DNA of 64,000 bases from a virus (IMGVR_UViG_3300023174_007026:1-64000); one strand, 5' to 3'; shown: positions 49,591 through 58,723, numbered from the stretch's first letter. Numbers and translations: made by a program. Notes: a model not told the origin generated them from the sequence alone.

Positions 49591-50055
49591 ATGAAAGATA
49601 CTAATGCAGTGAGCAAAGCAATTGTTGTTCACAAAGATAAGATTTTGTTGTTGAAACCATCAAACAAAAGCAAATGGCATTTGCCAGGTGGTCATTTGGT
49701 CAAAGGTGAAAACTTTCAACAAGGCATGATGAGAGAAGTGTATGAAGAAACAGGCATACACATCAATCATTATGTGTGCATCAGCACTCAGCACAATTTC
49801 AAATTGTTTTTGTGCAAAGCACCCAGAGGCAATGTTAAACTCAGCAATGAACATGAAAAACATGCATGGTTGACTCCACAACAAGCCATCAAAACATTGG
49901 ATATGACCAAAGAAACTTTGAGAGATATTCAATTGGTCATCATGTGCATCAAGAAGTTTGGTATGTTTTTCTCTCAAAACACTGCAAATAAAACATCTGA
50001 TGAGTTGCAACAAGAACAAGAGCAAGTAAATACAGCATATGGCAAAAAATCCTAA
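49591..50055 (+). CDS. Nudix hydrolase
   Basis: LPGGHLVKGE...REVYEETG Nudix box and SNEH. Confidence 0.9.
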   Translation: MKDTNAVSKAIVVHKDKILLLKPSNKSKWHLPGGHLVKGENFQQGMMREVYEETGIHINHYVCISTQHNFKLFLCKAPRGNVKLSNEHEKHAWLTPQQAIKTLDMTKETLRDIQLVIMCIKKFGMFFSQNTANKTSDELQQEQEQVNTAYGKKS

Positions 50056-50278
50056 TACAGAAACCGAAACTGAAGCAGCTGATCCTCGCATTGTAGAGAT
50101 CACAGTCAATGTATCACGCGGCGATAAGAAAGAATCAGTTGGTGCGCGATTCAACCTTGAGCATCTCATCAACATTGGCAAAACTTCTGGATTGGAAGCT
50201 GCTAATAATGAACTCAACAAACTCACCGGCAAAATTTACGCTGCAGCCAACGAAAAAGTCAAAGAAATCCTCAAATGA
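50039..50278 (+). CDS. Small hypothetical late protein
   Basis: 79 aa; TAAATA 6 nt upstream. Confidence 0.55.
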   Translation: MAKNPNTETETEAADPRIVEITVNVSRGDKKESVGARFNLEHLINIGKTSGLEAANNELNKLTGKIYAAANEKVKEILK

Positions 50279-50997
50279 GATTAGCAGTATCTGGCACAGC
50301 AAGCCAGGGCAAGACAACCCTCATCAAGGATTTTCTTGCTGTCTGGCCCATGTATAAAACTCCGTCCAAGAGTTATAGAGATGTATTGGTTGAAAACAAC
50401 TTGCAGCATAGCAGCAAAACAACACAACACACTCAGCAATGCATCTTGGATTTCATGGTCAAACAACTGAGTGAAACTAGCAAAGATGACAATATCATCA
50501 TGGATCGTTGTCCCTTGGATAATTTAGTTTATTCCATGTGGATGAACAGCAAAGACAACAAAGTTGTGACAGATAGTTTCATTGCAGATAGCATCAAAAA
50601 GATGCAACAAAGCATGAAACACATTGACATCATCTTCTGGATTCCATATTCTGAATCCATTGCAATTGCACCAGATGACTTGCGTGATACAGACTTGGAA
50701 TACATCAAAGAAGTAGATGCATTGTTCAAGGAGATCTATACGCAGAACCTATATAATGTAGACTTCTCCTTGTTTCTCAAAGGAGACAGACCTCCCATCA
50801 TCTCAATTTCTGGAACAAGGGAAAACCGCATCATGCAAATTGCAGACTATGTTGATTTGCAGGGAACTGTAGTGGAACCAGATGAGCAATTCATGAGCCA
50901 GCTAACAACACCAGAAGGTGCAAATCAGTTGGAACAACTCATCAAGCAGCAAAAATCAGCACTGCTTGATGAGACCGGCAATATTTTTGTCGGTTAA
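50275..50997 (+). CDS. P-loop nucleoside/nucleotide kinase (NadR/dNMP kinase-like)
   Basis: GTASQGKTT, DRCPLD and DDLR motifs. Confidence 0.75.
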   Translation: MRLAVSGTASQGKTTLIKDFLAVWPMYKTPSKSYRDVLVENNLQHSSKTTQHTQQCILDFMVKQLSETSKDDNIIMDRCPLDNLVYSMWMNSKDNKVVTDSFIADSIKKMQQSMKHIDIIFWIPYSESIAIAPDDLRDTDLEYIKEVDALFKEIYTQNLYNVDFSLFLKGDRPPIISISGTRENRIMQIADYVDLQGTVVEPDEQFMSQLTTPEGANQLEQLIKQQKSALLDETGNIFVG

Positions 50998-51911
50998 TTG
51001 AGTTTGGTTGCAGTGTAGCGACTACCAACTGTTGGAGAAATACTCCCTACACTTGCATTAACATTTAATATCACTGATGATGATAAGTTAGTCTGTATTA
51101 CGACATCAATATCCGCAAATTGATGTTCATATGCATTCAATGCATATGTTGCTGGAAAGCTGAATGTTGAAACAGTGCCACCATCGATGGTAGCACCTGA
51201 GGTTGATCCGTACAGTGTATCTGAATCAGTAAATCTACTGTGTATAATCTTTCCAGTTAATCTTGTAATAGTATTTGAACTACTTATTGAGAATGTTACT
51301 GCACCAGCTAAGTTTTTAAAATAAATCAAACTGCACTGCAGTCTATAAAAAGAACTGTTAGCTAGTAATACACCTGTATCACCAAATATAGATGTTAGTC
51401 CACTGCCAGATGAAAGGGATGCATTTGTATTAACATAGTGAACAGGTTGAGAGCCTGTTACAGCTATAATAGTTGATCTGAGACTACTGACCGCAGATGA
51501 TAGTGAAACAATGTTGCTAGCATTAGTTGCAGCAGATAAACTCAATGTATTAACATTAGCCGAAAGAGCGGTTACAGTTGCATTGAGTGAAACAATGCTG
51601 CTGGAGAGTGTGTTGCTGTATGCAAAGCTTGAACTTGACAATGCAGTGATGGAACTGTATAGAGAAGCAGAAACAGTTTTAACAGTTGCGTTGGTTGTAT
51701 CAATGGCAGCAGACAAGTTGATAGCACTTGTAACACTGGCGCTCAATGTTGCTGCAAATGTAATATGATCTTCATCAATGATAAAGTCTCTATAGAGAAT
51801 AGTAGCTGTGCCTTCAACAGTTTCAATGGGAATCAAATCTGAATTAGAGAGAATATCCAACTTGGGCAAGTCTTTGATGTTGATGGGAATGAGATTGTTG
51901 TTGGTTGCCAT
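50994..51911 (-). CDS. Putative short fibre/virion protein
   Basis: N-terminus resembles the fibres at 9381 and 11388; LSA/LSS-rich coiled coil and beta-rich tip; TAAATA at 51919-51924. Confidence 0.5.
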   Translation of the reverse strand: MATNNNLIPINIKDLPKLDILSNSDLIPIETVEGTATILYRDFIIDEDHITFAATLSASVTSAINLSAAIDTTNATVKTVSASLYSSITALSSSSFAYSNTLSSSIVSLNATVTALSANVNTLSLSAATNASNIVSLSSAVSSLRSTIIAVTGSQPVHYVNTNASLSSGSGLTSIFGDTGVLLANSSFYRLQCSLIYFKNLAGAVTFSISSSNTITRLTGKIIHSRFTDSDTLYGSTSGATIDGGTVSTFSFPATYALNAYEHQFADIDVVIQTNLSSSVILNVNASVGSISPTVGSRYTATKLN

Positions 51912-51943
51912 TTCAAATTATTTATGTAAATGATGGTGTAACA

Positions 51944-52759
51944 ATGAAAATAGGTGTAGGAATTATTACATGCAACAGACCAGATTTTTTCAGACAATGT
52001 TTCAACTCATTGCCTGATAATGTTGATGAAATCGTAGTAATCAATGATGGTAATCCACTGCCATTTAATTTGATCAGAGGCACAGAAATTCAAAACGAAG
52101 TGAATTTGGGAGTTGGTAAGTCCAAAAATAAAGCACTCAAACATCTTTTTGACAAAGGTTGTGATTATCTTTTCTTGATTGAAGATGATATGATTATCAA
52201 GAGAGCAGATGTCTTTGATACATACATTGCTGCGTACAAAGCATCTGGCATACATCATTTTAACTATGGACCAGGTTCACCATTCAACAGAAAACAAAAC
52301 ATTGAGTTTGACCTGCATAACAGACATTTGCTTGACCAGCACTCAGAACCCAACCCCAAGCTCATCGTAGACTATAAAGACATCAAGGTTGCACTGTATG
52401 AGCACACAGTAGCAATGTTTTCTTTCTTTACTAGAGCTGCAATTGAAACAGCAGGCTACATTGATGAAGATTACTATAATGCATGGGAGCATGTAGATCA
52501 TACATACAGAATAATCAAAGCAGGCATGCATCCTCCGTTTTGGTGGTTTGCTGACATTGCAAATAGTGAAGACTACTTGACTGAAGCACCAGGTGCCATT
52601 GATAATTCATCCATTGCCAACAAAGCAGACCAATGGCATAAAAACGTGTATGAAGGTAGAGAGATTTACAAAAACAAGCACGGACATTATCCTAACCAAC
52701 CACCACTTGTATCGAAACAAGAAGTCATCAACATTATTAAAAATCTAAAAACAAAATGA
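51944..52759 (+). CDS. Glycosyltransferase family 2-like
   Basis: IITCNR, VINDG, IEDD and WEHVD motifs. Confidence 0.8.
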   Translation: MKIGVGIITCNRPDFFRQCFNSLPDNVDEIVVINDGNPLPFNLIRGTEIQNEVNLGVGKSKNKALKHLFDKGCDYLFLIEDDMIIKRADVFDTYIAAYKASGIHHFNYGPGSPFNRKQNIEFDLHNRHLLDQHSEPNPKLIVDYKDIKVALYEHTVAMFSFFTRAAIETAGYIDEDYYNAWEHVDHTYRIIKAGMHPPFWWFADIANSEDYLTEAPGAIDNSSIANKADQWHKNVYEGREIYKNKHGHYPNQPPLVSKQEVINIIKNLKTK

Positions 52760-53532
52760 TACACAAATCTTGTATATTTTACCTTGTAAACAATAATCAA
52801 ATTCACCTGCAACGGTTGAAGAGCAGCCTTCAGTGTCTGCATGAAAACTTCTTAAAAAAATATCCATATCCTGTTGTATTTGGTCATGAAAATTTAGATG
52901 AGGACACTAAAAATTCCATTCGTGAGTATGCTCCGAAAAATCATTATTTTTATAATATAAATTTTGAAATTCCAAATTATTCGGATGATATCCGAAATAA
53001 AATTCCTGAACGTTTCAAAGGTCATTGGGATGAAAATGCATTTTTTTCAATGGGATATCGGCATATGTGCCGACTTTTTTCAGGTGATATCTACAAGCAT
53101 GACTTTTTTAGTAATGTAAAATACTTGCTCAGAATTGACTGTGATTCATATTTTACAGGCAATGTTTCATACGATATCTTTGAAGAAATGCATAAAAGCA
53201 AAGCTTATTATGGAACTGTAGGTGAAGAAAAGGATATGGATTATGTTGTAGAAGGTCTTGCAGATGCGTCTAAAGATTTCTTCAAAGAAAAATATAGGAG
53301 TGATATACCATACAATGGAATGTTTCAAACACACTTTGATCTCGTCGATGTTGAATGGATAAAAGCAAGTCAATATATGGATTTTTACAACTTCATTGAA
53401 AAGACAGGCAACATCTACATCAAAAGATGGGGAGATGCACCTATAAAATATCAAGGAATGAGAAATATATTGGATCCAAAACAGATTAAAATTTTTAGCG
53501 ATTTACCATATAGACATGGAGGTGATTTATAA
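52756..53532 (+). CDS. GT15 (Kre2/Mnt1-like) alpha-mannosyltransferase
   Basis: GYRHMCR, RIDCDS and GNIYIKRWGDAP motifs. Confidence 0.78.
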   Translation: MIHKSCIFYLVNNNQIHLQRLKSSLQCLHENFLKKYPYPVVFGHENLDEDTKNSIREYAPKNHYFYNINFEIPNYSDDIRNKIPERFKGHWDENAFFSMGYRHMCRLFSGDIYKHDFFSNVKYLLRIDCDSYFTGNVSYDIFEEMHKSKAYYGTVGEEKDMDYVVEGLADASKDFFKEKYRSDIPYNGMFQTHFDLVDVEWIKASQYMDFYNFIEKTGNIYIKRWGDAPIKYQGMRNILDPKQIKIFSDLPYRHGGDL

Positions 53533-53533
53533 T

Positions 53534-54280
53534 ATGAAAATTGCAATACTTGTTCCATCTAGAGAAAGAATGAATAAGAGACTAACTCTCTTATTCTCAA
53601 TACTTACAACTGTTAGTGATATCAACAACATCACTGTATATTTTGGTGTTGATAAAGATGATCCTACTCTTGACGTTATCAAACGTGTATCAAACGCAAT
53701 ACCTTGTTTACGAGTTATAGAAATTGAAAATGAAGGTAAGTTTTTGGGGTTAGGTAAACTTTGGAATATTTTGGTAGATTCATCTACAGAAGAAATTATT
53801 TCTATGATTGGTGACGACATGGTGTTCACTACACCAGATTGGGATGAAAAACTAATCAATGAATTCAAAAATGCGCCATCAGATAACATACAAGCTGTTC
53901 ACTGCAATGATGATTGTCATGGCAGTAAATTAGCAGTAAATCTTTTCTGTCATAGAATGTATAGGGAAGTACTGGGCCGATTTATGCGGGAAGAATTTAA
54001 AATTAACTGGGTTGATCAATGGTTGCACCAAGTTTTTAATGCTTTTGGCAGATTAAAATACAGGGGAGATATCATGATTGAGCACAGACATTGGGTGTTA
54101 GGCAAATCAAATCATGACAAAACTGCTGTCAGAATGGCAGAAGCAGATGTTAATAAAATCAGTGACAAACTATGGTTTGATCTTGTTGATGAAAGAATAA
54201 AAGATGTCAAGCTTTTGAGCAATTATTTGCAAATTCAACCAAATTGGAGTGTTGTTGATACCAAAGGAGGTGTAATATAA
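53534..54280 (+). CDS. Glycosyltransferase family 2-like
   Basis: PSRER, DKDD, IGDD and EHRH motifs. Confidence 0.72.
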   Translation: MKIAILVPSRERMNKRLTLLFSILTTVSDINNITVYFGVDKDDPTLDVIKRVSNAIPCLRVIEIENEGKFLGLGKLWNILVDSSTEEIISMIGDDMVFTTPDWDEKLINEFKNAPSDNIQAVHCNDDCHGSKLAVNLFCHRMYREVLGRFMREEFKINWVDQWLHQVFNAFGRLKYRGDIMIEHRHWVLGKSNHDKTAVRMAEADVNKISDKLWFDLVDERIKDVKLLSNYLQIQPNWSVVDTKGGVI

Positions 54281-54281
54281 C

Positions 54282-54944
54282 ATGGGTGAAATTACACAAA
54301 ATGATCTGTTTGGCAAAGCCATAATAGACATCACAAAAAAATATCACATCAATACTGTTTTGGAAATAGGATCTTGGGATGGCACAGGATCTACAGCATG
54401 CTTTTATGAAGGCATGAAAGACTTGCAAGGTCACAAATCATTGGTATGTTTGGAAGTCAATAAAGATAAATTCAAAGACTTGCTGCTAAATACAGCTAGT
54501 TACAACTGGATTGAATGCTATAATCAATCGTCAATAAGTTATGATGATTTATTGTGCAATGATTTTGATACAATTTGGAATTCGCCTTACAATGGTATAC
54601 CCAAAGATGATGGTTTCGGTGAAGAAGCAAAAAAAAGCTTGGTACGCAGTTGGTTTGACGAAGATGTATCAAATTTAAAACAAGTAAATACAGGATATTT
54701 GGTTGATAAAAAAGATGATTTTTACCAAGGAGCATTGATTGATGGAGGTGAATTTAATGGATACAGTGAATATGTACTATTAAAAGACAGAGTAAATTTC
54801 CTTTTTTTGGATGATTACTACAATGCTTACAAAACAAGACAAGTTGCTTTTGAGTTGCAAAATAATGCTGATTGGGAAGCAATAGCTGGCAACAAGCAGC
54901 TGCGTAATGGATTTGCTGTATTTAAACGCAAAAATTTGTTATGA
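54282..54944 (+). CDS. Class I SAM-dependent methyltransferase-like protein
   Basis: LEIGSWDG, IDGG and LDD motifs. Confidence 0.65.
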   Translation: MGEITQNDLFGKAIIDITKKYHINTVLEIGSWDGTGSTACFYEGMKDLQGHKSLVCLEVNKDKFKDLLLNTASYNWIECYNQSSISYDDLLCNDFDTIWNSPYNGIPKDDGFGEEAKKSLVRSWFDEDVSNLKQVNTGYLVDKKDDFYQGALIDGGEFNGYSEYVLLKDRVNFLFLDDYYNAYKTRQVAFELQNNADWEAIAGNKQLRNGFAVFKRKNLL

Positions 54945-55639
54945 AAAAGACAATAGGCATTATACAACCAGGCAGATTAGGTGATATCATCATATGCTTG
55001 CCCATTGCAAAATACTACAGTGATCAAGGTTATACAGTTGTGTGGCCAGTATTTGAATATCTTGCTGCAATGTTGACAGATCGCATTGATTATGTTAAAT
55101 TTGTTCCTGTTGATTCCAATGTCTACAAATGTGTAAAAGAAGCAAAGAGTATTTTGACCAAGATAGATGGCATAAAAATATTTGATATAGCTGCTACTTT
55201 TCCAGATTCTGATTGCACAGATGAATATGTATCGCTTGGAGATGGTTTCGGAGAAGAAAAATTTGACCAATTCAAGTACAGAAAATGCGCAGTGCCGTTC
55301 TCTGAAAAATGGAAATTGTATGTAAAATGGAATGAAGAAAAGATAGATGCATTGTTCAGAGAGTATGTAAAATCTGAAAGATACGTTGTAGTAGGACTAA
55401 ACCATTCAAAAGGCAAAATGCCTATCCAAATAGAAACTGACAAACAAATTGTTGAATTAAATGAAAATCACAATATTTTTGATTGGATAAAAATTCTCAA
55501 ACATGCATCAGCTATAGTACTTGTTGATAGTGCAATGGCTAATTTAGTTGAGCAGCTAAATCTACACAACAAAAAAATACTAATCACAAAGCCAAACCAA
55601 CCCACCCCAACATTTAAAAATGTATGGCAAATAAAATGA
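54941..55639 (+). CDS. GT-B glycosyltransferase (GT9-like)
   Basis: GRLGDII and VDSAMANL motifs. Confidence 0.65.
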   Translation: MKKTIGIIQPGRLGDIIICLPIAKYYSDQGYTVVWPVFEYLAAMLTDRIDYVKFVPVDSNVYKCVKEAKSILTKIDGIKIFDIAATFPDSDCTDEYVSLGDGFGEEKFDQFKYRKCAVPFSEKWKLYVKWNEEKIDALFREYVKSERYVVVGLNHSKGKMPIQIETDKQIVELNENHNIFDWIKILKHASAIVLVDSAMANLVEQLNLHNKKILITKPNQPTPTFKNVWQIK

Positions 55640-56424
55640 AAAGAGTAGCATTTACTATTATTTTAAACGGCATAAAACATCTTCAGCACAACAATTATTA
55701 TGACTTTGTCTCTAAGAATTTTGACTTGTGGGTAATAGTGGAAGGTGTTTCATTGCCAGGTGGATCTACATCTTGGTGCAATACATTGGACAACTCATTT
55801 CACAACAATTACTTATCAAATGATGGCACTACTGAGTTCTTGGATGCAAATGCAAGAGAAAATGTTATAGTTGTGAGACCCAATGTCAACCAAGCATGGG
55901 TAAGTAAAGATGATCAAGTAAATGCAGCTATAAATGCAATCAAAGAGCATTGCACTGAATGCTTTTTGTGGCAAATAGATATTGATGAGCAGTGGAATAC
56001 AGATCAATTGACGCAAGCAGAGCATGACTTGGTAAAACTGGGTGGCAAAACAGGATGCTTTCTATGTAATTATTTTGTAGGTCCCAATCAACAAGTATTT
56101 GGTGATTGGGGTGAAGGCAAAACAACTCCATACAGACGACTTTGGAGATGGCAAGGTGAAGCCTTTAAATCACATGAGCCACCTGAGTTGATTGGAAAAA
56201 ATGGTCCGGGGTATTTGTTGATACAGAGATTCAATCATTACGCCTATTATTTTGAAATTGATGTAACTTTCAAAGAAAAATATTATAGAAATTATGAAGG
56301 TCTAACAGATAGATGGAGAGAAATCCAACAAAACAAGGGAACTGTTCATGTAAGTAAGTTGCTGGGACCCAATATATGGTGGAGTAATACCAATACTGTT
56401 ATAAATTATCTCAATGATAATTGA
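55636..56424 (+). CDS. GT-A glycosyltransferase-like protein
   Basis: VEG, SNDGT, QIDIDE and HYAY motifs. Confidence 0.65.
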   Translation: MKRVAFTIILNGIKHLQHNNYYDFVSKNFDLWVIVEGVSLPGGSTSWCNTLDNSFHNNYLSNDGTTEFLDANARENVIVVRPNVNQAWVSKDDQVNAAINAIKEHCTECFLWQIDIDEQWNTDQLTQAEHDLVKLGGKTGCFLCNYFVGPNQQVFGDWGEGKTTPYRRLWRWQGEAFKSHEPPELIGKNGPGYLLIQRFNHYAYYFEIDVTFKEKYYRNYEGLTDRWREIQQNKGTVHVSKLLGPNIWWSNTNTVINYLNDN

Positions 56425-57238
56425 TGGTAACAATTTTATCTCACATCACCTCAAACACAATAAACCATTTTGTGCAGGCAAAATAGGTGGCAATGAGTTG
56501 CAGTTACTGTATTGTTATCTCAAAAAAAGTAACCCATGGGGAATTCAATTTGCAAAAGAAGTTGAAGATGTTGCAGGACTGTATCCTTTTAATGATGCAT
56601 CACTTGATTGGTTTGGTGAATCTTTTTTAAAGAATATTCACCATGTAGATTTGATGCCTGCTTGGAATAGAGTTATTCCAGATTTTGAATCATTTATCTT
56701 TCAGCAGCATTGCCCTAAAACTTACATTACAAAGTTGCAGCATCTTGAACCATACTTTTTTGATGCTCCTTGGACCAACTATCTTGAAGACAAGACTGTG
56801 CTTGTTGTATCACCATTTGCTGATTCAATCAATCATAATTTTAGTAAATTGCAACAAATTTGGAATAATAAAATTACGCCCAATTTTAAACTCAAGACCA
56901 TCAAGTATCCTACATCAATTACTATAACTGAAAATGCAAATTATAGTACATCCACAGAAATTTACAATAAATTTGCAGATGCAATACACAATACTGATTT
57001 TGACATTGGCATATTTGGCACAGGTCACACAGGGTTATTATTTGCTATTGAATGCAAAAAGATGGGCAAGAGTGGTATACATTTAGGAGGTCCTACACAG
57101 ATACTCTTTGGCATCAAAGGCAACAGGTGGGAAGAGAACAAAGATTTCCAACCGTTTTTCAATGAGCATTGGACCAAACCACTGACACACGAAACACCGA
57201 AACGCATAGATAAAGTAGAAGGAGCTTGTTATTGGTGA
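56414..57238 (+). CDS. GT-D-like glycosyltransferase-related protein
   Basis: KIGGNE, LVVSPF and DFDIGIFG...IHLGG motifs. Confidence 0.55.
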   Translation: MIIDGNNFISHHLKHNKPFCAGKIGGNELQLLYCYLKKSNPWGIQFAKEVEDVAGLYPFNDASLDWFGESFLKNIHHVDLMPAWNRVIPDFESFIFQQHCPKTYITKLQHLEPYFFDAPWTNYLEDKTVLVVSPFADSINHNFSKLQQIWNNKITPNFKLKTIKYPTSITITENANYSTSTEIYNKFADAIHNTDFDIGIFGTGHTGLLFAIECKKMGKSGIHLGGPTQILFGIKGNRWEENKDFQPFFNEHWTKPLTHETPKRIDKVEGACYW

Positions 57239-57969
57239 AAGGAGATGTTTATGTAAAGTTTGACCCAGCAGGCAGAATGGGCAACAGAATGTTTCAATAT
57301 GCATTTGGATATCTTTTAGCCAAAGCAAGAGGATGCAAGTTCTATCATGAGGAGCTTCCAAATTTTAATATACCACGCTTGGTTAAAAATCCTGAATCTC
57401 CTGCAATTAATACTAGACAACTAGGGAATCAAAAAGTAAATTTGAAGTATCTAATTGATGCTGATGAAAACATAATTGTAGATAGCTTTGTACAACGATC
57501 TGAATATTATGTTCATCATAAAGATGAATTGAAAGAACTCTTCAACATAAAAGATTTACCTGTTATCAATAAAGGCAAACTGGTGATGCATATAAGAGAG
57601 ACAGACTACGTTCAGATAGGTTGTTTTCTGGGTTTGAAAGAATATTTGAATTTGATTGAAAGAAGTGGTTTTAGCTGCAGTGATACTATCATTGTGACTG
57701 ACAATTCATATTGCAGCACAGTTGCAGAGTTGACCAAATTAGGCTGCAAAGTCAATACAGAGGGGTATGTAGATAAATTTACGCACTGTGCAGATGATAG
57801 AGGCATGCAAGATTTCAATACACTTCTTTATAGCGAAAACATTGCAGTATCACATTCATCCTTTTCATGGTGGCCTGCATTTCTTGGCAATCACAAAATG
57901 ATATTATTTCCTGATGCAAGTGGCATGTGGAAAAATGATAATGATGATTGTATAAATTTAATACTTTAA
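57235..57969 (+). CDS. GT11 alpha-1,2-fucosyltransferase-like protein
   Basis: GRMGNRMFQYA, HIRETDY and SSFSWW motifs. Confidence 0.8.
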   Translation: MKGDVYVKFDPAGRMGNRMFQYAFGYLLAKARGCKFYHEELPNFNIPRLVKNPESPAINTRQLGNQKVNLKYLIDADENIIVDSFVQRSEYYVHHKDELKELFNIKDLPVINKGKLVMHIRETDYVQIGCFLGLKEYLNLIERSGFSCSDTIIVTDNSYCSTVAELTKLGCKVNTEGYVDKFTHCADDRGMQDFNTLLYSENIAVSHSSFSWWPAFLGNHKMILFPDASGMWKNDNDDCINLIL

Positions 57970-57970
57970 T

Positions 57971-58723
57971 ATGAACAATATAATTTCTTTTGCTGATGGT
58001 ATGCAACTAAGCAGCAATTACAAAAACAAAGATTATCCAGAAAAATGGAGTGTGTTGGAAAACCTCTATACAAGTTTTTTTGATCATCAATCACCACACA
58101 TTATTCCAAAGATTATTCATCAAATTTGGTTAGGTAGTCCACTGCCAGATCAATTGAGTTCGCTCATAGACACAGTCAAGCATTGCAATGCAGACTACAA
58201 ACACATGCTCTGGACTGATAAGGATGTTGAGTCTTTTGATTTTAAAAATAAAGAGCTATTTTATTCTACACCCAACTTTGGACAACGGTCTGATATTTTA
58301 AGATATGCTATTTTAGAAAAAATGGGCGGCATTTATTTGGATACAGATTTTTACTGCCACAAATCATTTGATAGTTTGCTTTCTGCTGAGCTGTTCGCAG
58401 GTCTTGCGTACAGCAAATTTCCTGAAATATTCAATGGGTTGATAGGCTCAACACCAGGCAACAAACTCATAGTTGAGCTCAATGAAATTGAAAAATTGAG
58501 ATGGAAGTCAGGTATGGATATAATAGATACAACTGGGCCATATTTTTTCACACGCAAATTCTTTAAACATGCACACACAGAATTAAAATTATTGCCCTTG
58601 CCTGTTGAATATTTTTACCCATTTCCAAACTTTGATGTTGATAAAATACATGGTTCAGAAGCATCAAAATATACAACACCGCAGACAATTTGCACACATC
58701 TTTGGCACTCATTATGGAACTAA
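57971..58723 (+). CDS. GT32 DxD glycosyltransferase (Och1-like)
   Basis: IPKIIHQIW, SDILRY, GGIYLDTD and TTGP motifs. Confidence 0.85.
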   Translation: MNNIISFADGMQLSSNYKNKDYPEKWSVLENLYTSFFDHQSPHIIPKIIHQIWLGSPLPDQLSSLIDTVKHCNADYKHMLWTDKDVESFDFKNKELFYSTPNFGQRSDILRYAILEKMGGIYLDTDFYCHKSFDSLLSAELFAGLAYSKFPEIFNGLIGSTPGNKLIVELNEIEKLRWKSGMDIIDTTGPYFFTRKFFKHAHTELKLLPLPVEYFYPFPNFDVDKIHGSEASKYTTPQTICTHLWHSLWN

